A stretch of 64,000 bases of DNA from positions 112,114-176,113 of the forward strand of contig DMXO01000002.1 of NCBI GenBank assembly GCA_003482855.1, in the 5' to 3' direction. Shown one piece after another: positions 11,501-19,740 of this stretch. Positions within the stretch are counted from its first letter, which is position 1. Every line of letters begins with the position of its first letter. Both the position numbers and the translations under genes were made by a program. Under the pieces are notes generated by a model. The model did not search any database. It saw only the letters and a list, made by a program, of their open reading frames with translations, and was not told the origin of the DNA. This DNA is from Candidatus Magasanikiibacteriota bacterium (GTDB lineage: Bacteria > Patescibacteriota > Patescibacteriia > Magasanikbacterales > UBA922).

Positions 11501-11936
11501 TATAAAATAATAAAAAAAACCACTGTGTCCATTTGTAGTAATCTGGATTATGCGATCCCACTTCCCTATCCCAATCTACAGAAATGCCCAAAGATTTTAT
11601 TTGACTACGAAAATTGTTCACTGCTGTCTCAGTGCTTTTTGCTGGATGTACATTTGTTTTAATTGCGTAATTCTCTGCAGGTAAACCAAAACTATCCCAG
11701 CCAATCACTTGTAAAACTTTCTTTCCAGTCATGCGCTGATATCGCGCGTAAATATCGCACGCTGTATACACTTCCGCATGGCCGACATGAAGACCGCTTC
11801 CGGATGGATATGGGAGCTGTGGAAGAATGTAAAACTTGTTTTCAGAATTAATATCTTCTGGAGTCTTAAACAACTTTTGTTCTTCCCAAATTTTTTGCCA
11901 TTTTGATTCTATTTCTTGAGGATTATACTTCTCCAT
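8520..11936 (-). CDS. leuS: leucyl-tRNA synthetase with two inserted domains (Nudix hydrolase-like ~nt 10377-10814; alpha/beta serine hydrolase-like ~nt 9633-10175)
   Basis: HVGHAEVY (HIGH), TTRPDT...VPAHDERD (CP1 editing), GEGTAINS...RDWSVSRQRFWGAPIP, WHREPDTLDTFMCSSWYY, KMSKR (KMSKS); plus GGMERGETVEDTVQRELREEAGY (Nudix box) and FIHGY...VIVAHSLGG (GxSxG) not found in canonical LeuS; 1138 aa. Confidence 0.9.
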   Translation of the reverse strand: MEKYNPQEIESKWQKIWEEQKLFKTPEDINSENKFYILPQLPYPSGSGLHVGHAEVYTACDIYARYQRMTGKKVLQVIGWDSFGLPAENYAIKTNVHPAKSTETAVNNFRSQIKSLGISVDWDREVGSHNPDYYKWTQWFFLLFYKRGLAYRKKQSVNWCDSCKTVLANDQVKEGHCERCDTLIIQKEMEQWYIKITDYAERLLNDIDKLDWPEETKKRQKDWIGKSEGAEVDFRLQTSDHNQEKKITVFTTRPDTLFGATYMVLAPEHAVVRSLKSEVQNWDEVEKYIEATSKKTELDRQVQKEKTGVELKGIKAINPVKNEEIPIFVADYVLATYGTGAIMAVPAHDERDFEFAKKYNLPIKDVVVQHCGGFDKSAKHRDSAAAVVFKDDKVLVLFNKKFNIYRLPSGGMERGETVEDTVQRELREEAGYTDYEVVDDLGMIESNFYAVDKNIQWNKLQRVLKLKLLSDKKTDTAFESYEDYEANWLAPDEAIEKLKTYNGSEEIFIRRALEKTGRLFSGEGTAINSNFLDGLSTQEAKEKMIQWLEEKGIGKRKVQYKLRDWSVSRQRFWGAPIPMLFNEERKNRKYNYVFIHGYLATGNNDFRPWLKKELEQLGHAVFSPDLPHNDKPNVVEWAEYILNNTTIDENTVIVAHSLGGPVAFRILEKLKNKIAKLILVDTVLRPDFPDKKRPDVEASDSFEFDFEKIKSSSDEFVVIADCDYKTIKKEHLEEMQKLLDARLVKARPNDRHFNGKIEPSVLEESIVTGLKPVSESDLPVLLPDDVDFKPTGQSPLTYSEDFQKGVEKRYGKGWHREPDTLDTFMCSSWYYYRYLDPKNDQQFASPEALKKWMPVDFYLGGPEHVNGHLLYSRFFTKVLYDAGYIDFSAQGGSDLVGDEPFKVHRHQGLILGPDNRKMSKRWGNVINPTDVVNEFGADTMRMYEMFMGPLEEDKPWDTNGVRGIRRFLDKVWNLQEKVIEAEAKSNSLTTLVHQTIKKVGEDVAALKFNTAIAALMQFTNVLLKEEKISKVGYTVLIKLLSPFAPHMSEELWYRLGNKDTVTTQPWPVYDPELTKENTVTLAIQINGKLRDTITVSTDISEEDAKVEALRSGKVIKWLEGKEPKKVIYVKGKLISIVV

Positions 11937-11940
11937 AAAA

Positions 11941-12363
11941 CTACTTTATTGAAAATTCTTTAGTAATAGGATCTACATTATCTGCTTTAATTTGCAAAAC
12001 AACTTGATATGCGCCGACAGGCCAACCATTATCTGGTATAGATAGACTGCCGTACACTTCTTGCTGATCTCCTTCTTTTTTCGTAAAATCTACAGAATCA
12101 ATCTCGTATGGTTCTTCTGTGCCTTGTTCTCCTAAATAATACCAAGAATAGTTTACGACAGTGCCTTCTACTGCATTTTGCAATAACGCGGTGAGAAATA
12201 ATTCTGGAGTATCAGATGAAAATTCAACTGTATCTTCTGCACATTGATAATCTACTAAAGCTGAACACATTTTTACATTTTGTAAATTTGCTGTTGTTAC
12301 TTCGCAACCTGCGCCAAGTAACGCTAAAATTCCTAATGATAATAAACCGATTCTATACTTCAT
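11941..12363 (-). CDS. putative lipoprotein
   Basis: MKYRIGLLSLGILALLGAGC: signal peptide with lipobox (LGAGC); 140 aa. Confidence 0.5.
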   Translation of the reverse strand: MKYRIGLLSLGILALLGAGCEVTTANLQNVKMCSALVDYQCAEDTVEFSSDTPELFLTALLQNAVEGTVVNYSWYYLGEQGTEEPYEIDSVDFTKKEGDQQEVYGSLSIPDNGWPVGAYQVVLQIKADNVDPITKEFSIK

Positions 12364-12380
12364 ACACGCATTTTTAAAAA

Positions 12381-13160
12381 TTAATTTTTAAATAATGACA
12401 AAAGTTGTGTGTGTAAATGCTGATTTGCCGCCACAATATCTTGTCTTCCTCGCTTCCACGGATTCCCGTCACTATCTGTAACGACAGCCCCAGCCTCAGT
12501 ACATATCAGATAAACAGGCAATCTATCCCAATCCAAACCTGAGTTTGCGATGACATAATCAAGTGCCCCACTTGCGAGGTAACACATATTTGCAGCATTT
12601 GCAAAATTCACCATAACCATATTTGTTTCTTGGACAGCACGCATAGTCATGACCCGATATCGTTCAAAATAATCTCCATACAAATTTACTGCTTTTGATC
12701 GACGTTGCAAAATTCCATATGCGCCATCAAGTAATTCTGTGTTTTTCACATGAATTTGTTTGTCATTCAAATACGCCCCTTTACCAATTTCTGCAAAAAA
12801 TAACTGTTCTGCCATAGGGAAATATACTGCACTCATAAGAGGCTTATTATCCTGCAGTACAGCCACCATCACCGCCCACACAGGGATACCATGCACGAAT
12901 CCCCATGTCCCATCTATAGGATCAATGACCCATTCATATTCACTGTTTACATTGATATCATCAGCCATTTCCTCACTTTTGATATGATGAGTCGGGTACT
13001 GTGCATTGATTTTTGATACCAAAAATTCACTCACCATCAGGTCTGCTTCTGACAAAAAATCATGCGGATGGCCCTTGGTCATAGGTGTAACCCCTCGCAA
13101 AAAGAATTCTTTTGCTATAGCTCCCGCTTCTTTGATAATTTGTTTCAAAAAATCTTGCAT
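12381..13160 (-). CDS. inositol monophosphatase family protein (IMPase/SuhB/CysQ-like)
   Basis: WVIDPIDGTWGFVHGIP (DPIDGT metal-binding motif), EEMADD upstream; 259 aa. Confidence 0.8.
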   Translation of the reverse strand: MQDFLKQIIKEAGAIAKEFFLRGVTPMTKGHPHDFLSEADLMVSEFLVSKINAQYPTHHIKSEEMADDINVNSEYEWVIDPIDGTWGFVHGIPVWAVMVAVLQDNKPLMSAVYFPMAEQLFFAEIGKGAYLNDKQIHVKNTELLDGAYGILQRRSKAVNLYGDYFERYRVMTMRAVQETNMVMVNFANAANMCYLASGALDYVIANSGLDWDRLPVYLICTEAGAVVTDSDGNPWKRGRQDIVAANQHLHTQLLSLFKN

Positions 13161-13293
13161 AACTTCTCTGTGTAATCCAATAAATCCGTGTAATCAGTGT
13201 ACTAAAATATGCCCAAAAAATCAAGAAATATTGACAGACATACCAAAAAATGATGATATATAACTTAGCTTACACCCCAAACATGGAGATAAC

Positions 13294-13428
13294 ATGGGTA
13301 AGATGATATCCAAGCGTCTCCTCCAAAGTGGCGTCGCAAGCTTGACCCTCTTCGGAGGGTCGTTCACACTTACCTGCATAGCGTTTTTCAGCTGCGCAGT
13401 ACTGCTCATGATCTGGACAGAACGATGA
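13294..13428 (+). CDS. putative small hydrophobic membrane peptide (44 aa)
   Basis: GGAGA SD 4-5 nt before ATG; MGKMISKRLLQSGVASLTLFGGSFTLTCIAFFSCAVLLMIWTER; below ORF-track size cutoff; preferred over overlapping minus-strand ORF 13221..13409 which lacks signals. Confidence 0.3.
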   Translation: MGKMISKRLLQSGVASLTLFGGSFTLTCIAFFSCAVLLMIWTER

Positions 13429-13493
13429 ATCCGATACCAAGGAGAAAGGAGGGCAATCGGTTGAGTATATTTATCTCAAGTATATTCAACAAG

Positions 13494-13522
13494 AAAAAAA
13501 CACCTTCGTCAGGTGTTTTTTA
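13494..13522. terminator. bidirectional rho-independent terminator
   Basis: aaaaaaacacct-tcgtc-aggtgtttttt: 6-bp stem, A-run 5' and T-run 3'. Confidence 0.55.
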
Positions 13523-13713
13523 TATAGCAGTGCCATCTTTCCTCCAGTCCTTCTGTGATCTTTCTGTCTGTTCTTTGGTCAAATGAATAGTTATATGTTG
13601 TACATTTCCATCACCTCTACCAGACTCAAATCCTGGAAAACCTCTATGTTCTTTCTTCGCCTCATCAGAGAGAGTAAGTGTGTCACGTCTTTCTTCAACA
13701 AAGGGTCTATCAA
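13513..13713 (-). repeat. direct repeat copy 1 (~200 bp, ~90% identical to 24376-24571): 3' fragment of a paralog of the small ORF at 24382..24666
   Basis: alignment by eye of 13513-13713 with 24376-24571; repeat edge (…caaagggtctatca) coincides with stop codon of giant gene A (13710-13712); minus-strand reading gives …VDRPFVEERRDTLTLSDEAKKEHRGFPGFESGRGDGNVQHITIHLTKEQTERSQKDWRKDGTAI* in the +1 frame relative to gene A, with no start codon. Confidence 0.7.
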
Positions 13714-16700
13714 CTGTCGTGGTCTTTCTTTTTCAAAACTTCATTTCGTGCAATCAAGCCACCCAAACCACCAGTTTTTTTACTTGAAAAATCCACCTCT
13801 TCACTCTTCTTTTCCTCATAGCCTAGTTTATCATATGTAACATAATACACACTTGGTCCGACAAGAGCCGCATATCTCCCTTTTTTATCGGTAACGCTCG
13901 TCGCAATAAGCTTGTTGTATGCCGCGTCAAATATACGCACCACGACTTTACCAAGTGGCTTTTCAGTTAATGCCTCTAAGACTTTACCAAAGTTACCACC
14001 AAGCTTCTTGCTGGCAAAACGACGAAGCATATCATAGACAAAGATATGGAACACAAGCATAACAGCAATATACCACTTTGGTGATATGATGAAAGACACT
14101 GCAGTTAAAATGACGCCAGACAACGCGAGAGTCTTTTGGAATGTTTGACGTGTGTATTCTTTGATAACTTTTGCTGTAGAATCCACTTTCGTTTCAGGAT
14201 CAAGCGGGATATTATAATTCATCTCAAATTGTTCTTCAGTCACTTCAAATTCTTTGCCATGATATAAATTGATATAGTTGCTGTCTTCATCAAATTTCTG
14301 TAGATATTCACTAAAACCAACAAAGCCGGGCTTTTGAATTTCGATACGATATTTGCCTTCGTCAGCAATGATAAAAAATCGTCCTTGGCTATCAGTAACT
14401 TGCGTCTGTACTACTTGTAAATTTGAGGTATTGACCAAACGCACAGTTGCTAAGTCTATTGGCTGTTTAGTATATGCATTGTATACCACACCCCACTGTT
14501 TTCTCTTGCGTCTACGCAAAAGGACGAGTGGCTGAGTAAAAATATAGCGTAAGTATGCAAGAATATTCGGTAGCTGAAACCCGACTGCAACATTTGCGAC
14601 AGCTATGATAGCGACAGACGGCGCGACAACTTTTTCATTAACTGATTCTACAACAGGATTATTTACAACTCTTTTAATAACTTCAAATGTTTTGCGTGTA
14701 AAATCTTTTATGGAATCAGGAATAATATCAGCTATAGTTTCTGTTATTTTTTTGAAAATATGACCAATGCTGTCCGTTATATATCCGCTTATATCAGTTA
14801 TAACATCGACAAAAGAATTAAAACCAAACTGACTGTCTGAAACATTACTACTGTCTTCTCCCTCTAATCTATCTGTAACATCAGGTAAACTATCATTATC
14901 TTTTTCATCTGCTTCTTCTGATTCGTCCCTACACAAAGACGAACAGCCATCACCTGAAACTACATTGCCATCATCGCATGACTCACCTTTTTCTACAATC
15001 ATATTGCCGCACGCTATCTCAGGTATGATCTTTACAAGCTTACATCTCAAATTACAATAATATCCTTCAGGAGCACTGCCATCGCATGCTTCACTGTCTT
15101 CTTTAATACCATTTCCGCACACTCTTACTATTTCTTCACACACATCTCCAATGCCGTCACTGTCCTTATCCAGTTGGTTAAAATTTTTATGATAGGGACA
15201 ATTATCACAAACATTGCCCACCTTATCTCCATCGATATCCAATTGATCAGTATTAGGAATATCAACACAATTGTCAGCCCCATCAAGCACTTTATCCTTG
15301 TCCTTGTCTTTACAAGTATTGGTACTATCATGGGGACACGTGTCACACAAATTACCAACGCCATCTTTGTCGCTATCCAACTGGCCGGCATTTGATACGC
15401 TTGGACAATTATCAATGCCATCTTGAATGCCATCGCCATCTGTGTCACCAGAACAAATATACAACGCAGGATTTTCAAGGCATTGATCAACGGTAGTGAC
15501 TGGCTTTATACCTATCCCTACCGTATTGCCATACAAGAGAGTGGAATCATTTGGATCAATTACTGCCGCAGCGCTCACAGAAGTCATTGGCGCTTTGACG
15601 CCAAAACGAAGATATATATATTCTGGAAAATCATATAACTTCGCTTTTATACTGCGGTACATGAGAATTGATGTGATGCCTGTCTTTGCAGATGCACCGC
15701 TCCAGGTAGCAGGATAAACGAAAAACTTCTCACCTACATTATTGTCGCTGAATGGTTTGTCACTTATATACACCTCATACTCTGTCGCCTTTTTACACAA
15801 TTGAAATGTAAAATATATATCACCTCTCGAACTATTTTTTACCAACTTCAAAAGACCAGTGCCATCAAGAGGAACTTCTTCGTCAGAGTAAGGTTCCAAT
15901 TTTAAGATATCAGGCGGTGTATCAAGGCATGGATGTTTGGGAGAAATACCTATATATCCTATGCTCGCGCTTCTGCTAAAAATAACATTCCGCGCACCCG
16001 GGGCATAAAATTTTACACAGACAGTCTTGTTGCCTGGGCCATCGGAAAAAGTAAATGGCACACGCTTTGAGGAGCCATTGGGCAAAGGAATTTGATCCAA
16101 AGTCTGTTCTGTATCACATCCTTGCCCGCCTTGTACTTCAAATGGCGTATAATAATGCGTTGCTGAATTGCTTGAAATAGTAAGAAGCACGTCTCTTTTA
16201 TTTGTCGTACTTTCTCCGCCATTTATAACCACAGTGCCATTGGCATCCTGTGGACATGTATTGGTCTCATTGCAATTAGGAGGCGGAGGCGGCGGGGGCG
16301 TAGAAGGGTTCCCGATATTCACTGTCACACCTGATGCATTTACAAAAGATGTTTCTACATCAGCTGTATTTTTTGCTTTTACACGAAATGTATAGGTGCC
16401 ATTGGACAAACCACTAAATATGTACGAAGTACTCGTGACCCAGCCAGAATTTAGAGAGGCATTTGAACTGTCTTCAACATAATATGCTGCGGCTGTGCCA
16501 GACCATGAAACAGTAACATCTTGATTTGCAACTGAAGCACTCAGTGACGACAGGCTTGCCAATGTATAATTTGAAATAGCGTCAGTCGAAGATGTCATTT
16601 CCCCATCTACATTACGCGCTGTCACACGAAAAGAATAACTCTGGTTTGGGGTAAGCCCTGCAAAAGCATAAAAAGCGTCTGCTATCCACCCAGAGTTCAG

Positions 16701-19475
16701 ACCATTGGTTATGTTTTCAGCCAAAAATTCTGCGCCGCTATCACCGGTCCACGATAGTGTGATTTGTATAGCGCTGTCTACTGTCGTAGTTGCCGAAGTT
16801 GGCACATTGGTAAGTGTATATACAGCAGAGGCACTTACATAGATGGTTTCATCGTCACCGCCATTTTTTGCTTTTACTTTGAATTGGTACTGCGTATTTG
16901 CGCTCAGGCCAGTAAACTGATACGACGTTGCCCCTATCCAATCTGAGTTACGACTCGCATCATTGTTGTCCTCTACCCAGTATGATGGTGCATCGCCAGA
17001 CCACGAAACAGTAATAGTACTCGTGCTATTGGCAATGGCCGCAACAGAATACGGAAGTCCGACAGTAGTATAGGCAGAAGCAGATGGTCCATATGCTGTT
17101 ACAGCGCCGTCTCCATTACGCGCCTTTACCTCAATGCTATGCAAGGTATTTGTCACAAAACCGACGGTCGTGGTGCCAGATGCAGCACCAAGTTCTTCGT
17201 ATGTAAACCATACCTCTGCAGCCCCCCACGTAGCATCACTTTGCAAATACAAATCATCTTGTGAATCATGAACTAAAAATTCAGTCCCTGCAGGATTGCT
17301 ATTTGGATTTATGGTGATATCTAGTGTTGTCTCTGTAGGATTGGAAATACTTGGTACTCCTGGTGTGTTTGCAAGAGTAAAAAAATCCAAACTGCTCGTT
17401 GCCGAAGATATTCCATCAGCATTGCGTATATTTGCAGAGGTACTGTACTGCACATTAGGCGACAACCCACTTATAGACCAGCTACTCACTCCTGATTGCC
17501 ACCCGGAACTCGACACGACCGACCCGCCAAATAATGAGATATCAAAATAATAACCTGAAAGGCCTGTGGAATGATTATCGAATGTATCGACTAACAATGA
17601 AACAGATGAAGCACCAAGCGAGCTCGTGGCAAACCCAGATACGGCAGGCGCCAAAGTATAAAAACTTAATTCAGATGTAGAAGAGACGCTACGCCCAAAA
17701 ATATCATACGCCCATAAACTCATATAGTACAATGAATTCCCTATAAGTGAAGAAACTAATACAGTCGTATTTCCTTCCCAGGTACTTGATGCAAAATATG
17801 AAAATGTAGAAGATGTGAGTGATGAACTAAATTCAGTGACCGGAGTAGATGTACTATAATAAATAATATACTCCAAAAAATTTGTATCCGTGGTTGTTGT
17901 CAAATTTACAATAGTAGACGTGGCAAATATAGTATTGGTAGTCAGTGGACCAGGGAGCGGTGATGGCGCCAATGTATCAATGGCAAAAGCAGTGGATGAC
18001 ACTGTCGTTCCATTTACTGTACCATCATTTGGCGTCAAACGAAAATAGACTGTGCTATCATCAATATTTGGCACATCCGCGGCAATGTTCCACTCAAATG
18101 ACAGATCAACAGAACCATCAAGGTTTGTGTCTACGCTTGAAATACTACCTGTCGAAGTGGAGACAGATCCTTCGCTTAAAATAGCACTACCAATAGTTGA
18201 TGAAACCCATGTACTATTATCAAGCGAGTACTCTGCGATAATACTTGTTACATTATTATCTGCATCAGCAATAGTTGTTGTCACGGTAACTACGTTTGTT
18301 AAGGTTTGAGCTGGATAAATGTTGGTAAGTGTGGGCGCAGTGTTTGGATTGGTGTCTACATAACTTAAATAATTAACACTACCCAAATCAGAAGAATTGT
18401 GTGATATTGCTATAACATCACCATATTTTTGTAATTCATGCAAAGAACCCCAATACACGCCACCATCGACTTTCTCTGTGCTCCAAGTACCATTTTTTAT
18501 ACTAAATTTTAAATCATCCGGTACTTCATCAAACCACGCTATCATTGGGTTGCTACCAGCCGAATCCACCCACAAAGACACTTGACGAGCAGATACGGTA
18601 TTAGCAACTTCAGCGCATCCCAAAGAACCGCCGATACTAGCGGTACAGTATTGTAAATCTTGGTCTGAATCAACATATGCAAAATGAATATTATCCGACC
18701 CGTCAACATCCAAACCAATATCACCAACAATAGTGCTGGCTGGCAGATAAGTAACTTTGGCTGTATCATAACAATTCCAATTCGTGTCAGTACAAGTACC
18801 AGCGCCAGCGCCGTTTTTAACCGCGTACCACATACGCGCAGTGGAATACTCATTATAAGCAATAACCGGCACGCCACTGCTGTTAAAGGCCAAACGCAAA
18901 CTCAAACCCAGCTCGTTGGCGATATCATGCACCAAAGTAAAAGTCCAATTAACCGCGGAACCACAATCATTGGCCGTATCGCAAAATCCATAATAAATAT
19001 TTTCATTAGTGGCATAGGTCACACCGACCGTACTGCCAAAAACATCAGCAGAGACGGTTCTCGTAAAACCAGCCCCATTGTTAATACTGACCGCTGACCA
19101 ATTAACCCCATTATCCGATGAACTGGCGACATAAAGGTCGCCGGTCGCATATACACTGTAAAATGTTAATAATTTATTTGTTCCAGCGTAAACTATGTCT
19201 ATATTTTGCATCTTGTCTCCCGTACCAGCATCACTCGTAACCACATGCTCCGCACTTGGTACGCCATTATTGACTGACACATGATAAATTTTATCTGTGG
19301 CTTCGTTTGAATAATAAATTGTATGGATTAATGTCTCTGACTCCATAGCCACGGCTGTTTGTTCCAATCCGACTTCATCAGTGGATAAAGCTACAGTTTG
19401 CCACGAATAAGCATTGCCATAACGAGGCAATAAAAAAGCTGATAACAAAAACGTGATATCTAAAAAAAATAACAT
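13710..19475 (-). CDS. giant secreted/membrane-anchored surface protein (BNR/Asp-box beta-propeller-like N-terminal region, multiple fibronectin type III-like repeats, poly-Pro linker, thrombospondin type 3-like Ca-binding repeats, Cys-rich repeats, two carboxypeptidase-regulatory-like domains and C-terminal TM helices)
   Basis: 1953-aa ORF in track (TTG at 19571); likely start ATG at 19475 (MLFFLDITFLLSAFLL signal-like, GGAAAG SD); SSDNGVNW Asp-box; repeated ...SWSG...Y.F.V.A.N FnIII-like units; DTDGDGIQDGIDNCP / DIDGDKVGNVCDNCP TSP3-like; PPPPPPP; CGNGIKEDSEACDG; VYNAYTKQPIDLATVRLV...TDSQGRF. Confidence 0.8.
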   Translation of the reverse strand: MLFFLDITFLLSAFLLPRYGNAYSWQTVALSTDEVGLEQTAVAMESETLIHTIYYSNEATDKIYHVSVNNGVPSAEHVVTSDAGTGDKMQNIDIVYAGTNKLLTFYSVYATGDLYVASSSDNGVNWSAVSINNGAGFTRTVSADVFGSTVGVTYATNENIYYGFCDTANDCGSAVNWTFTLVHDIANELGLSLRLAFNSSGVPVIAYNEYSTARMWYAVKNGAGAGTCTDTNWNCYDTAKVTYLPASTIVGDIGLDVDGSDNIHFAYVDSDQDLQYCTASIGGSLGCAEVANTVSARQVSLWVDSAGSNPMIAWFDEVPDDLKFSIKNGTWSTEKVDGGVYWGSLHELQKYGDVIAISHNSSDLGSVNYLSYVDTNPNTAPTLTNIYPAQTLTNVVTVTTTIADADNNVTSIIAEYSLDNSTWVSSTIGSAILSEGSVSTSTGSISSVDTNLDGSVDLSFEWNIAADVPNIDDSTVYFRLTPNDGTVNGTTVSSTAFAIDTLAPSPLPGPLTTNTIFATSTIVNLTTTTDTNFLEYIIYYSTSTPVTEFSSSLTSSTFSYFASSTWEGNTTVLVSSLIGNSLYYMSLWAYDIFGRSVSSTSELSFYTLAPAVSGFATSSLGASSVSLLVDTFDNHSTGLSGYYFDISLFGGSVVSSSGWQSGVSSWSISGLSPNVQYSTSANIRNADGISSATSSLDFFTLANTPGVPSISNPTETTLDITINPNSNPAGTEFLVHDSQDDLYLQSDATWGAAEVWFTYEELGAASGTTTVGFVTNTLHSIEVKARNGDGAVTAYGPSASAYTTVGLPYSVAAIANSTSTITVSWSGDAPSYWVEDNNDASRNSDWIGATSYQFTGLSANTQYQFKVKAKNGGDDETIYVSASAVYTLTNVPTSATTTVDSAIQITLSWTGDSGAEFLAENITNGLNSGWIADAFYAFAGLTPNQSYSFRVTARNVDGEMTSSTDAISNYTLASLSSLSASVANQDVTVSWSGTAAAYYVEDSSNASLNSGWVTSTSYIFSGLSNGTYTFRVKAKNTADVETSFVNASGVTVNIGNPSTPPPPPPPNCNETNTCPQDANGTVVINGGESTTNKRDVLLTISSNSATHYYTPFEVQGGQGCDTEQTLDQIPLPNGSSKRVPFTFSDGPGNKTVCVKFYAPGARNVIFSRSASIGYIGISPKHPCLDTPPDILKLEPYSDEEVPLDGTGLLKLVKNSSRGDIYFTFQLCKKATEYEVYISDKPFSDNNVGEKFFVYPATWSGASAKTGITSILMYRSIKAKLYDFPEYIYLRFGVKAPMTSVSAAAVIDPNDSTLLYGNTVGIGIKPVTTVDQCLENPALYICSGDTDGDGIQDGIDNCPSVSNAGQLDSDKDGVGNLCDTCPHDSTNTCKDKDKDKVLDGADNCVDIPNTDQLDIDGDKVGNVCDNCPYHKNFNQLDKDSDGIGDVCEEIVRVCGNGIKEDSEACDGSAPEGYYCNLRCKLVKIIPEIACGNMIVEKGESCDDGNVVSGDGCSSLCRDESEEADEKDNDSLPDVTDRLEGEDSSNVSDSQFGFNSFVDVITDISGYITDSIGHIFKKITETIADIIPDSIKDFTRKTFEVIKRVVNNPVVESVNEKVVAPSVAIIAVANVAVGFQLPNILAYLRYIFTQPLVLLRRRKRKQWGVVYNAYTKQPIDLATVRLVNTSNLQVVQTQVTDSQGRFFIIADEGKYRIEIQKPGFVGFSEYLQKFDEDSNYINLYHGKEFEVTEEQFEMNYNIPLDPETKVDSTAKVIKEYTRQTFQKTLALSGVILTAVSFIISPKWYIAVMLVFHIFVYDMLRRFASKKLGGNFGKVLEALTEKPLGKVVVRIFDAAYNKLIATSVTDKKGRYAALVGPSVYYVTYDKLGYEEKKSEEVDFSSKKTGGLGGLIARNEVLKKKDHDS

Positions 19476-19680
19476 TATTACCACTTTCCATTTTTTATTC
19501 AATTGTCCTAATAAAAATGACATATTATACAAAACTATCCGCCAACAAAAGGAAGATTCCTGATATAACAAATAACCTGTAATACAAGTTCATTTGGTTC
19601 ATGCTAAATTGTGCTTTAGAGATAGTCTTAGAGACAAGAGAATTATATCATTCTTTATGCGCCTCAACAACATAATACTG

Positions 19681-19707
19681 TGCACAAAAATACGCTCGGT
19701 TGAGCGT
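19681..19707 (-). terminator. putative terminator after giant gene B
   Basis: acgctc-ggtt-gagcgt hairpin followed (minus strand) by AUUUUUGU. Confidence 0.45.
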
Positions 19708-19740
19708 ACTTTGTTTATTTTGTCAAATTTACTTTCCACC

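Noticed and set aside
13221-13409. 62-aa minus-strand ORF between the IMPase gene and giant gene A
   Set aside because: It has no RBS and an odd composition. The overlapping plus-strand 44-aa hydrophobic peptide has a GGAGA SD and is the more plausible candidate, still at low confidence.
13583-13840. Plus-strand ORFs within the two repeat copies (13583..13840 and 24454..24687)
   Set aside because: Differences between the copies are all non-synonymous in this frame, and copy 1 acquires a stop. The minus-strand frame shows the coding-like substitution pattern.
16255-16300. ggaggcggaggcggcgggggcg GC-rich run inside giant gene A
   Set aside because: It encodes the poly-proline linker (PPPPPPP) of the surface protein on the minus strand, not a separate element.
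14353-19097. Numerous 60-150 aa ORFs on either strand inside the giant genes and other long CDSs, e.g. 15128..15490, 18542..18877, 21002..21457
   Set aside because: They are fully embedded in long, domain-rich ORFs on the other strand or in another frame. They are typical shadow ORFs.
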